A program made the position numbers and the translations under genes. Positions 8,688-15,613 of a stretch of 20,000 nucleotides of DNA are shown here, one piece after another; within the stretch, counting starts at the first letter, position 1, and each line of letters begins with the position of its first letter. Below the pieces are notes generated by a model. It saw only the letters and a list, made by a program, of their open reading frames with translations. It made no database searches and was not told where the DNA came from. Source of the DNA: an uncultured virus (IMG/VR IMGVR_UViG_3300009370_000022) (lineage: Duplodnaviria > Heunggongvirae > Uroviricota > Caudoviricetes); the IMG/VR virus record IMGVR_UViG_3300009370_000022; one strand, written 5' to 3'.

Positions 8688-9662
8688 TTAATTTACACTT
8701 GCATTTTGTTGTTGCTCGTACAACATTCTAGCCTTTATTTTATCCTCTCTTGTTTGGTTTTTGTTTTTCATACCTTTAATCCTATCAGCTAGGTTTTTAG
8801 GATTATATATAACAAGTCCGGTTGAGTTTGTTCTGATTATTTCTGCGTCAGAAATATTCAAACCAAGTTCTGTCGCTAACTCAATAGCCTCGTCAAGATA
8901 TTTATAACCTTTTAGACCAATTTTAATTTCTTTCATCTGATCTAAAATACTTTTTATCCAATTTCTATGTGCCATAACAAATTGACCTTTGGCTTGTTTC
9001 CATTGTTTAAGCATTAAAAATTGTTGTTCATTACAAGCAATAGAACGATCTCTACAATATTCTCTACCAATTAAATCTAATTGGTATTTTTCATTCCATT
9101 GTTTGCCATATCCACTATCATCACTTCCAAGATATTTAGTATTGTTGTCAGTATATTTTGTTAAATGTGGGTTGTTGTCTTTGCCCTCTTGTTCGATCAA
9201 AATATCTGGATTGCAATTATCTTGTGCCTTTAGTTCATCACGATACAAAGCATAGCCATACGCACTATCATCAGAATAACTATCGCTATTATTTTCCATA
9301 CTACCATTTAGTCTAAAATCAAAATGTTCTTCAATAGTATCTTGTTTCATGATTGGATTGTTGTCATAATCTCTATCTTCTTTCATACCTAAATAATGAA
9401 AATGAAAGCAACTATCTTTCGCAATAGTCGAAACATTCTCAAATTTATTCTGTAAGTGATATGCCATTTTGACATCTTCTGGAGTATAATGTTTTCTGAC
9501 AATAGTTTCTGCTAAATTCCACGCATTGTCATTTAACTCAATTTGATCTGCTTTGAGTTCATCATACTTTGTTTTTTCTTGTGTTGGTTCTTGTTCCAAG
9601 TGTACTCGCATACGATTTGCGATTTTATTTCTATACTCTTGGTTTAGTCTTATTCTACTCAT
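8688..9662 (-). CDS. Hypothetical early phage protein (~324 aa)
   Basis: Track ORF 8688..9689; AGAAAGG SD favours the MSRIRLNQ start at 9662; no recognised domain. Confidence 0.85.
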   Translation of the reverse strand: MSRIRLNQEYRNKIANRMRVHLEQEPTQEKTKYDELKADQIELNDNAWNLAETIVRKHYTPEDVKMAYHLQNKFENVSTIAKDSCFHFHYLGMKEDRDYDNNPIMKQDTIEEHFDFRLNGSMENNSDSYSDDSAYGYALYRDELKAQDNCNPDILIEQEGKDNNPHLTKYTDNNTKYLGSDDSGYGKQWNEKYQLDLIGREYCRDRSIACNEQQFLMLKQWKQAKGQFVMAHRNWIKSILDQMKEIKIGLKGYKYLDEAIELATELGLNISDAEIIRTNSTGLVIYNPKNLADRIKGMKNKNQTREDKIKARMLYEQQQNASVN

Positions 9663-9695
9663 TTTTGCCTTTCTGTTTTTATTTTGCATGATTTG

Positions 9696-9738
9696 AAATT
9701 AACACTTGACATTTATTCTGTCAAGCATTAAATAGGAT
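9696..9738. promoter_or_regulatory. Divergent promoter region with palindromic CTTGACA...TGTCAAG
   Basis: Minus strand TTGACA-N17-TAATTT with extended TG; plus strand TTGACA at 9706 and TAGGAT at 9733 (non-canonical spacing). Confidence 0.55.
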
Positions 9739-9759
9739 TAATTAATTATGTATGAGAAC

Positions 9760-10240
9760 TGATGGAATTCTAGGTTGTACGCCTCTGATTAATTGGGACA
9801 ACTTCTGGTTGTAGTACGTCACACCGACATTAGCCGTCCGTCTTCGTGCTATGAACTAGAACTGATCCCTGATCGCTGTTAGCTCAATGGCAGAATTTCG
9901 AATTCACCAATAGTCCAGCGATCTGGGATCAGATGTTGTAACTGCTGGATTTAAACGGCTATAGTACAGGTTGCAAGCGAAGTCACGCTGGCTATCAGTG
10001 TAGCTACGGAGGTAGCCTGCCTGCACAGGACAACAACTGATCCCTGGTCCATATTATTAGTTGCCAGTAGCAGATCTCAATGTGGTTGCGAAGAGTATGG
10101 GCCTGGGATCAGGAATAATGAGAAAAAATCAGCTGTCTGCGGCCGGCCTAAACATTCAGCCAGGTTTTGCTCATACGTGTTCTATAGTAAGCACGTATGG
10201 GTTAGTATGAAATTTTTAACCCGGCCGGAATTTTAAAAAG
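9760..10240 (+). ncRNA. Putative large structured non-coding RNA / hairpin-cassette array
   Basis: No ORF >=60 aa; GC-richer than flanks; abutting stems 9803-9818/9845-9861, 9862-9878/9916-9932, 9934-9939/10030-10035, 10037-10055/10094-10112, 10169-10181/10190-10202, with many G-U pairs only on the + strand. Confidence 0.7.
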
Positions 10241-10291
10241 CTTCAAGCAACGAGCAACAAGCTTGACAGGACCTGTAGGATAGTATAGGAT
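10241..10291 (+). promoter_or_regulatory. Promoter TTGACA-N17-TAGGAT preceded by heptad repeats
   Basis: TTCAAGC AACGAGC AACAAGC TTGACA(10263) ... TAGGAT(10286). Confidence 0.8.
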
Positions 10292-10365
10292 GTAATTGAT
10301 GACCTCGTTTGGTGCTTTTCCGGTCGATAAATTTGCCAAAGCACCACAACAAATAAAGGAGAAAT

Positions 10366-10548
10366 ATGAAAACAAAAAAATATAGAATACAGATGGACTT
10401 CGAAGGAATGCAGCATGAGCTGCAGCCCTACGACGGCCTGATTGTAGAAGCAGAAGACGAAGACCAGGCAGAACGTCTTCTATTAAAAAAGATTAAAGAT
10501 GATGACGTTAGCCCGCTTCCATACTTTGGGATCTCAGATGAAGAGTAG
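10366..10548 (+). CDS. Small acidic hypothetical protein (60 aa)
   Basis: ORF track; AAGGAG SD upstream. Confidence 0.8.
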   Translation: MKTKKYRIQMDFEGMQHELQPYDGLIVEAEDEDQAERLLLKKIKDDDVSPLPYFGISDEE

Positions 10549-10549
10549 A

Positions 10550-10606
10550 TTTAAGCCTGAAGCAACAAGCAGCAAGCTTGACAGCTGGTCCCGGAGATGA
10601 TAGGAT
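10550..10606 (+). promoter_or_regulatory. Promoter TTGACA-N17-TAGGAT preceded by heptad repeats
   Basis: TTTAAGC CTGAAGC AACAAGC AGCAAGC TTGACA(10578) ... TAGGAT(10601). Confidence 0.8.
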
Positions 10607-10624
10607 GGATTTAGAAAGGAATAT

Positions 10625-10801
10625 ATGACTGAACTTGAAAAACTTAAAAAAATGCTAGTAGACGCTCACAACGAGCTACGAGCACGTAAACAAAAAAACA
10701 CACCAACATTTGGCGCAATGATGTTTATGCTGGAGGCCATCGTCCAGTGTAACAAAGCAATAGGAGAAAAAAATGACCAGAATAAGATCCAATCACAATA
10801 A
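10625..10801 (+). CDS. Small hypothetical protein (58 aa)
   Basis: Hand-translated MTELEKLKKMLVDAHNELRARK...; AGAAAGGA SD. Confidence 0.75.
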   Translation: MTELEKLKKMLVDAHNELRARKQKNTPTFGAMMFMLEAIVQCNKAIGEKNDQNKIQSQ

Positions 10802-10949
10802 TTTATTAAATTATTTCATCCATGATAAGCAGGACCTGAGTCCTGCTTACGTGCGCAGCTGTGAAAAGTTTTTTAAAAGCCTGAAGTCTCAAGCAGCAAG
10901 CCGCAAGCCGCAAGCGCCACGAAAAAGACACAATCATGAATTAAAATAA
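10773..10949 (+). CDS. Small hypothetical protein (58 aa)
   Basis: Hand-translated MTRIRSNHNNLLNYFIHDKQDLSPAYVRSCEKFFK...; AGGAG SD; the 3' end is a heptad array. Confidence 0.65.
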   Translation: MTRIRSNHNNLLNYFIHDKQDLSPAYVRSCEKFFKSLKSQAASRKPQAPRKRHNHELK

Positions 10950-10960
10950 AATTAGAAAGT

Positions 10961-11557
10961 ATGAAAGTTAAAGAAGCTCAAGCAATCACCGGGTCCATGA
11001 CCCGCACGTCTAAGATGCCTGGCCTAAGCTACAGCCTGCCAGCATGGGAATGCCAAACGGGCTCTAAGCTCCGGAAGGTTAAAGGCACGCCCTGCTATGG
11101 CTGTTATGCCCTGAAAGGAAATTATTTAAGATATCCAGCAATTAAGAAGGCACAGTACTACAGGCTGGCAAGCCTGGTCCATGACTCATGGGTCGTGGCT
11201 ATGGTTGCACAGGTGAAGAGACAGAAATATTTTAGATGGCATGACGCCGGAGATGTACAGAGCCCCGAGCATATGAATAAAATTTTAACAGTTTGCAGGT
11301 TAACACCTGACACGAAGCACTGGCTGCCAACACAGGAGCGCGCGTACCTGCCAGATCCTGAAGAGGTGCCCGTTAACCTGGTGATCAGGTTGTCAGGGTC
11401 GAAGGTCGATGGACCACCACCGACGGCCTGGGCTCATACATCATCAGTCGTAACGAAGGGCGCAACATGCCCCGCGCCTCAACAGGGCGGCAAGTGTAAA
11501 GAATGCAGGGCCTGCTGGACAAAATCAATTAAAAATGTAAGTTACGGAAAACATTAA
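10961..11557 (+). CDS. GP88-like Cys-rich protein (radical-SAM-like Fe-S candidate)
   Basis: SKMP..SYSLPA.EC...CYGCYA, FRWHDAGD, C-terminal CPA...KCKECRACW pattern recalled for the phage gene-product-88 family. Confidence 0.8.
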   Translation: MKVKEAQAITGSMTRTSKMPGLSYSLPAWECQTGSKLRKVKGTPCYGCYALKGNYLRYPAIKKAQYYRLASLVHDSWVVAMVAQVKRQKYFRWHDAGDVQSPEHMNKILTVCRLTPDTKHWLPTQERAYLPDPEEVPVNLVIRLSGSKVDGPPPTAWAHTSSVVTKGATCPAPQQGGKCKECRACWTKSIKNVSYGKH

Positions 11558-11559
11558 TC

Positions 11560-11739
11560 ATGACACATGTATTCAAACACCCGAAGTACTGGGCAGAGTT
11601 AAGAAAAACATACAAGCAAGCACGGACCAACGAGCAACGAGCGAGCACCGATCAACAAGCGAGCAAAGTCTCGAGCACCGTGGACCACGAAGCACGAGCA
11701 ACGGACGAGCAAGCAAAGCCTTCCCTTAAAAGATCCTGA
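11560..11739 (+). CDS. Small hypothetical protein (59 aa) with repeat-derived tail
   Basis: Hand-translated MTHVFKHPKYWAELRKTYKQARTNEQRAS...; starts 2 nt after the GP88-like stop; overlaps the convergent nuclease gene by 88 nt. Confidence 0.55.
   Translation: MTHVFKHPKYWAELRKTYKQARTNEQRASTDQQASKVSSTVDHEARATDEQAKPSLKRS
11611..11720 (+). repeat. Strand-biased CAAGC/CGAGC/CACGG repeat tract
   Basis: About a dozen CAAGC/CGAGC-type units at the convergence point of the two transcription units. Confidence 0.75.
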
Positions 11740-12017
11740 ATCTTGGACCCTGGAACAAGTATCAAGCACCCTTGACCAAGGTGCTTGGCTAAGATGAAAG
11801 TATTCTTAGGATGTGTTGTATGAAAAGCAATTTGATGTGGAGAAAATCTTATTTTGTTACTCTTCGTAACTTTTAATTCTATTGTGAAAAAGGTGCCAGA
11901 ATCATTATAGCCCAATAAATCAGGAACACCAACGCCAGCGAAATTTTCAATTCTTGTCCACTTAATTTGAGGACAATTTTTCTTAAGTTCGTGCCATAAT
12001 TTTCTTTCGGGAGCCAT
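11652..12017 (-). CDS. VRR-NUC / PD-(D/E)XK Holliday-junction-resolvase-like nuclease
   Basis: PERKLW...RIEN..GVGVPDLL...FTIELKV...SPHQIAFH. Confidence 0.85.
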   Translation of the reverse strand: MAPERKLWHELKKNCPQIKWTRIENFAGVGVPDLLGYNDSGTFFTIELKVTKSNKIRFSPHQIAFHTTHPKNTFILAKHLGQGCLILVPGSKIQDLLREGFACSSVARASWSTVLETLLAC

Positions 12018-12032
12018 TTCATTTCAAAGTAA

Positions 12033-12260
12033 TTAAAGCTTAGTAATGACTTTACCAGGAGAAGCAATTTCCTTATTAATCCGAATAACAACCCGGTGGG
12101 TTTCCCTCACTCCAATGATTTTATTCTCTGCCAAAAATATTTGACCAATATCCCACATCGTACCATCAGGAGTTTCTACTGAAACTCTAGCGTCCATAGC
12201 TACAGGGCTACCATCATTAAACTTTCTAATTATCTTTTCTAATTCTTGCGACTTCAACAT
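12033..12260 (-). CDS. Hypothetical protein (75 aa)
   Basis: ORF track; TAATG coupling with the upstream gene. Confidence 0.75.
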   Translation of the reverse strand: MLKSQELEKIIRKFNDGSPVAMDARVSVETPDGTMWDIGQIFLAENKIIGVRETHRVVIRINKEIASPGKVITKL

Positions 12261-12541
12261 TACAATCCACCAGATTTTCTAAATCTATCTACTTGATCTT
12301 CTACTTGTTTAGCCAACCTTCTATTATCCTCTCTTAACTCTCCATTTAATTTCTGATGAGATTTATTAATTTCTTCTAGATCTTTTACTCTCTTTTGGAG
12401 AACTCTATTCTTATACTCAAGTTCTCGATAAGCAATCTCATCCATAGTATTTAAAGAGCGACTCTTTTTAAAATTTTTAATAGAGGTTTTTAAAATCTCT
12501 TTTTGCTTTTCTAATTGGTCTATTCTTTCTTCTAAATCCAT
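12260..12541 (-). CDS. Coiled-coil hypothetical protein (93 aa)
   Basis: ORF track; heptad Leu pattern. Confidence 0.8.
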   Translation of the reverse strand: MDLEERIDQLEKQKEILKTSIKNFKKSRSLNTMDEIAYRELEYKNRVLQKRVKDLEEINKSHQKLNGELREDNRRLAKQVEDQVDRFRKSGGL

Positions 12542-12542
12542 A

Positions 12543-12577
12543 CTTGACTTTTACTTTAATTTACTATAAAAGTCAAG
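12543..12577. promoter_or_regulatory. Palindromic divergent promoter CTTGACTTTTA...TAAAAGTCAAG
   Basis: 11-bp inverted repeat giving TTGACT on each strand between divergent genes. Confidence 0.6.
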
Positions 12578-12580
12578 CTT

Positions 12581-12631
12581 GGTCTTGTTTGGATGGACTC
12601 CACCACACGAAGTTCAAACAAGGCCTTTTTA
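12581..12631 (+). terminator. Hairpin plus T-run in the terS leader (terminator/attenuator or sRNA)
   Basis: GGTCTTGTTTGGA-N19-TTCAAACAAGGCC-TTTTTT directly before the GGAGG SD. Confidence 0.5.
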
Positions 12632-12641
12632 ATGGAGGAAT

Positions 12642-13247
12642 ATGGGCGTACCAAAAAGACTCACAGATCAGCAAAAAAGATTCTCAGAATTATATGTATA
12701 TAACGAAGGAAGAATGACTCCTTATGAATGTGCTAAAGAGGCCGGTTATGCCGAAGACTCAGCTCGAGTTAGAGCTAGTGAATTAAGAAATCCCAAAAGA
12801 TTTCCATTAGTAGTAAAATATATTGGAGAGTTAAGAGAGGAAGTACAAAATAAATATGAAGTCACATTCGAAAAACATATTAAAGAACTTGCAAGACTTA
12901 GAGAAGAAGCTCTCAAGAAAGGTAGCTTCTCATCAGCTGTTAACGCAGAAGTCGCTAGAGGAAAAGCTGGAGGCTTATACATTGAACAAAAAATTATTAA
13001 AACTGGTAAACTGGAAGATATGACTGAGCAAGAATTAGAACAGAGAATGAAAGAAATTGTAGATCAGTATAGTCCAATACTAGACGCGAAACCTCTTGAA
13101 CAACTTAAGAAAGAAGTTAAAGCAGGTCCTGCACCACTCCTGAAAAAATTGCCAGATACAACATATGAAGATACCACAGCAGTAGAGAAGAGCACCAACA
13201 ATCATCAAGGGGATGAGGACAAAAACGTAAAAAATATTACCCATTAG
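12642..13247 (+). CDS. terS: Terminase small subunit
   Basis: N-terminal LTDQQKRFSELYV...AKEAGYA..SARVRASEL HTH pattern of TerS proteins; GGAGG SD. Confidence 0.85.
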   Translation: MGVPKRLTDQQKRFSELYVYNEGRMTPYECAKEAGYAEDSARVRASELRNPKRFPLVVKYIGELREEVQNKYEVTFEKHIKELARLREEALKKGSFSSAVNAEVARGKAGGLYIEQKIIKTGKLEDMTEQELEQRMKEIVDQYSPILDAKPLEQLKKEVKAGPAPLLKKLPDTTYEDTTAVEKSTNNHQGDEDKNVKNITH

Positions 13248-13534
13248 ATCTTCTGAATTTTTTTAACAACCGATATTGGAATCATAGTTCTATCTCCAAA
13301 TGTGAAAGTACCATCATCTTCTCGATCATAACTTGCAAACAATTTAATTGCATGTCTATCTTTGTTATATAACCAACCTTCATTCACTGGAAAACTTAAT
13401 CTCATCTTATCAAATTCTTTATCACTGGCCCAGCCCGAATCGCTCAAAATATCGATCCACTCCACTCGGACTTTAGGAAAAGGTACTTCGGGAGTTGAAT
13501 GAGTGACGACTTGTTTTCTTCTTTTCTTAGGCAT
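13244..13534 (-). CDS. Hypothetical phage protein
   Basis: Track ORF 13244..13561; probable start MPKKRRK at 13534; VRVEWIDILSDSGW...GWL...GDRTMIP. Confidence 0.75.
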   Translation of the reverse strand: MPKKRRKQVVTHSTPEVPFPKVRVEWIDILSDSGWASDKEFDKMRLSFPVNEGWLYNKDRHAIKLFASYDREDDGTFTFGDRTMIPISVVKKIQKI

Positions 13535-13555
13535 ACTAGCTGTTAACATAGACTG

Positions 13556-13860
13556 CGACACCTATAAAGGAAAAATTTTTTTTCGCTGCGCTAAAAAATA
13601 AAAAAATAAAAAGGTGTCGAATTTCTCCTGAAAATCTCCTAGAACCCTTGGTATACAACACTAATACGTGAAATAGGGGGGGTGTCGGAAGGGTGTCGGA
13701 AGGGTGTCGGCAAAGTGTCGAAGTGTCGACATTTTGTGGCAGAATTGTGGCAAAAAGATGGCCAAAGTGCCTTATTTGTACACTTCTGTCGCAGTTTGCC
13801 AAAAAGTGCGACACCTCCCCGACACCCTCCCGACACCCTCCCGACACCCTAAGTGTCGAA
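13556..13860. repeat. Iteron-like inverted array with 11-bp phasing (candidate origin or packaging site)
   Basis: GTGTCG at 13682, 13693, 13704, 13715; CGACAC at 13809, 13820, 13831, 13842; A/T runs at 13571-13612. Confidence 0.85.
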
Positions 13861-13862
13861 GT

Positions 13863-14531
13863 TTAGGCTACTTGTTTGTTGTACATATCCAGGCGGTGAA
13901 GCCACTTGTGCTTCCAACTTCGGAGATCCGAGTCTTGGATTTTGAATTCTTGGTAGTATAAATCTGGAGTGCAGATCATGATAACGCCCTGTCTAATTTC
14001 AGATCTATACACATAGTCATGGGCCATGGCGTATGCAGCAATTTGTAAGAAATAGTCATCGATCCAATCTTTATTCTTGGGACGATTAGCCTGCTTAAAA
14101 TCTACAATAGTATCTAAACCGTTATGATTACATACCAAGTCAGTACTGCCAGCATATAACCCAGGATAATGCAACGTGACTTCCGAGCCGTAATACTCTT
14201 CAACAGGCGCAAGACCAATCTCAATAATTTTATTGGCCATGGCTTTCGCCTTTTGTCCGAGCCCTGTAAGATCATCGTAGCCAACTCCTTGGATATGAGA
14301 CTCAAGGAACTTGTGCATACTAGTCCCTCGCTTGCTAGATAGATTCTTAATTGATTCGGCTTTTTCATGTCCAACTTTATTTTTCCAGGCGGTTAGATAC
14401 TCCTGATTTTTAGTTTTTGCAAGTATTGTTGTGACTGAAGGTAATTTTTCTCCTGCTACATCATAGCTCCGTGAGCCGTGTTCCGTGGACCGTGATCCCT
14501 GCACGTACTTATACCGATCACTCTTCTTCAT
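13863..14531 (-). CDS. PD-(D/E)XK exonuclease (phage Cas4/lambda-exo-like)
   Basis: LPSVTTIL, RGTSMHKFLE, YAGSTDLV, IVDFKQ, YFLQIAAYA. Confidence 0.9.
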   Translation of the reverse strand: MKKSDRYKYVQGSRSTEHGSRSYDVAGEKLPSVTTILAKTKNQEYLTAWKNKVGHEKAESIKNLSSKRGTSMHKFLESHIQGVGYDDLTGLGQKAKAMANKIIEIGLAPVEEYYGSEVTLHYPGLYAGSTDLVCNHNGLDTIVDFKQANRPKNKDWIDDYFLQIAAYAMAHDYVYRSEIRQGVIMICTPDLYYQEFKIQDSDLRSWKHKWLHRLDMYNKQVA

Positions 14532-14628
14532 GCATCAATATTATTCTCTTACGCCAGGCCCAGTCACCAAGATGATGAGACTTCTCCTGAATCCATTTTA
14601 AAATATTAAGTTTTATTTTTTTTATCAT
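14518..14628 (-). CDS. Small hypothetical peptide (36 aa)
   Basis: Hand-translated MIKKIKLNILKWIQEKSHHLGDWAWRKRIILMHEEE; overlaps both neighbours. Confidence 0.5.
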   Translation of the reverse strand: MIKKIKLNILKWIQEKSHHLGDWAWRKRIILMHEEE

Positions 14629-14731
14629 TTTTTTTATTAAAAATTTCTTTCCATCTCTTACGATAGGTTTCAGTAGAAACTCGAGACTTGCCGTCCCACT
14701 TTCTTCCCTTACTTCTTCGTTTCTCGCTCAC
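14606..14731 (-). CDS. Small basic phage protein (41 aa, KWDGKSRVS motif)
   Basis: GTG start with AGGA SD; ...KGRKWDGKSRVSTETYRKRWKEIFNKK. Confidence 0.6.
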   Translation of the reverse strand: MSEKRRSKGRKWDGKSRVSTETYRKRWKEIFNKKNDKKNKT

Positions 14732-14945
14732 TTAATTTCCTACCAATTATATTCTCAACCAAGTCTCCATACTTTTTATTTAGGCTGATTTGCGTGATAG
14801 ATTTAATAATATCCTGCTTCAATTTAGGTAATGTTTTCAAGGATTTAGAAACTCTTTCCTTATTTTGTCGAACAGATTCTTTATAAGATTCTGCCAGTTC
14901 CTTTTTTTCTTTTTCCGCTTCTTCTAAAAAATCTTTTTCAATCAT
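14709..14945 (-). CDS. Hypothetical protein (78 aa)
   Basis: ORF track; ATGA overlap upstream. Confidence 0.7.
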   Translation of the reverse strand: MIEKDFLEEAEKEKKELAESYKESVRQNKERVSKSLKTLPKLKQDIIKSITQISLNKKYGDLVENIIGRKLSERETKK

Positions 14946-15025
14946 AATACAACTATTAACATATACAAAGAAAGAAGAGTCATCAACCCTAGAAATGTAA
15001 AGACCATTATAAAAATTTTATTCAT
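14942..15025 (-). CDS. 27-aa single-TM peptide
   Basis: MNKIFIMVFTFLGLMTLLSLYMLIVVL; ATGA overlaps on both sides. Confidence 0.6.
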   Translation of the reverse strand: MNKIFIMVFTFLGLMTLLSLYMLIVVL

Positions 15026-15456
15026 CGAGGCTCTATTCCTCTTATTTGTCGTTCTGCTTCTAGGTCTACTACATTATCCCCAAGATCCTGAATATTAGGT
15101 TCGTAATGATCTATAATTTGTTCTACCTTGTGGAGTTTAACCCGAGAGTACGGCCATATTAATTTAGCAACATACAAAGCGTCTCGGTGAGCCACTCGCC
15201 ATCGCCATTGTCGTTTATAACCCTTCTTAACTTTACGTTCACCAAAGGAGCCACATTGAAACAATTCATGACACCATTTAATAACTTCCTTATCAGTCAT
15301 AGCCATTTCCATTCTAACAACCCAGACCTTATGAACTGGTTTGCCTGGTCGCTTATGCTTCATCTGGTCCATTCTTTTAATGTAAACGGATCCTTCGCCA
15401 TCAAACAGTCCAGCAAAATAAGCTATATCATTTGTAGTAAGTGGTGACTCTTCCAT
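15022..15456 (-). CDS. Free-standing single-motif LAGLIDADG protein
   Basis: IAYFAGLFDGEGSVYI, then MAMTDKEVIKW..FQCG...WRWRV. Confidence 0.85.
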   Translation of the reverse strand: MEESPLTTNDIAYFAGLFDGEGSVYIKRMDQMKHKRPGKPVHKVWVVRMEMAMTDKEVIKWCHELFQCGSFGERKVKKGYKRQWRWRVAHRDALYVAKLIWPYSRVKLHKVEQIIDHYEPNIQDLGDNVVDLEAERQIRGIEPR

Positions 15457-15613
15457 CTTTATCTCTCTTTCTGTCTGGCCATTTTAATTTTAATACTAAT
15501 ATATCAGGATCATAAAAATCCCCCGAAACAATTCTAATTTCATGACCATCTTTGATACTATCACTCCAGTATCGGATATAATCTTTAATAACTATTTCTT
15601 TTTTTCTAGACAT
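15428..15613 (-). CDS. Hypothetical protein (61 aa)
   Basis: ORF track; fills the gap in the operon. Confidence 0.6.
   Translation of the reverse strand: MSRKKEIVIKDYIRYWSDSIKDGHEIRIVSGDFYDPDILVLKLKWPDRKRDKDGRVTTYYK

Noticed and set aside
4340..9255. + strand ORFs at 4340, 4748, 5660, 7510, 7838, 8169, 8989
   Set aside because: Antisense to well-supported minus-strand genes, or spanning a terminator.
9875..9920. tRNA-like fragments TAGCTCAATGGCAGA (D-arm-like) and TTCGAAT inside the first cassette loop
   Set aside because: No anticodon arm or T-stem, and too short for a cloverleaf; not a tRNA gene. Mimicry remains possible but unsupported.
10056..10068. ATTAGTTGCCAG resembles a 16S rRNA stretch
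   Set aside because: A 12-nt recalled similarity is compatible with chance; cannot be tested here.
9760..10240. CRISPR array
   Set aside because: Only two scaffold copies, each an inverted pair around the insert rather than regularly spaced direct repeats; no cas operon.
13536..13961. Three overlapping track ORFs across the GTGTCG array
   Set aside because: Low-complexity translations of an 11-bp repeat that is out of codon phase; no SD; better explained as a DNA site.
13863..14531. cas4 as part of a CRISPR system
   Set aside because: Stand-alone phage PD-(D/E)XK nuclease without the four-Cys cluster or other cas genes.
15022..15456. Group I intron or intein around the LAGLIDADG ORF
   Set aside because: No flanking non-coding space, interrupted host gene or intein terminal residues.
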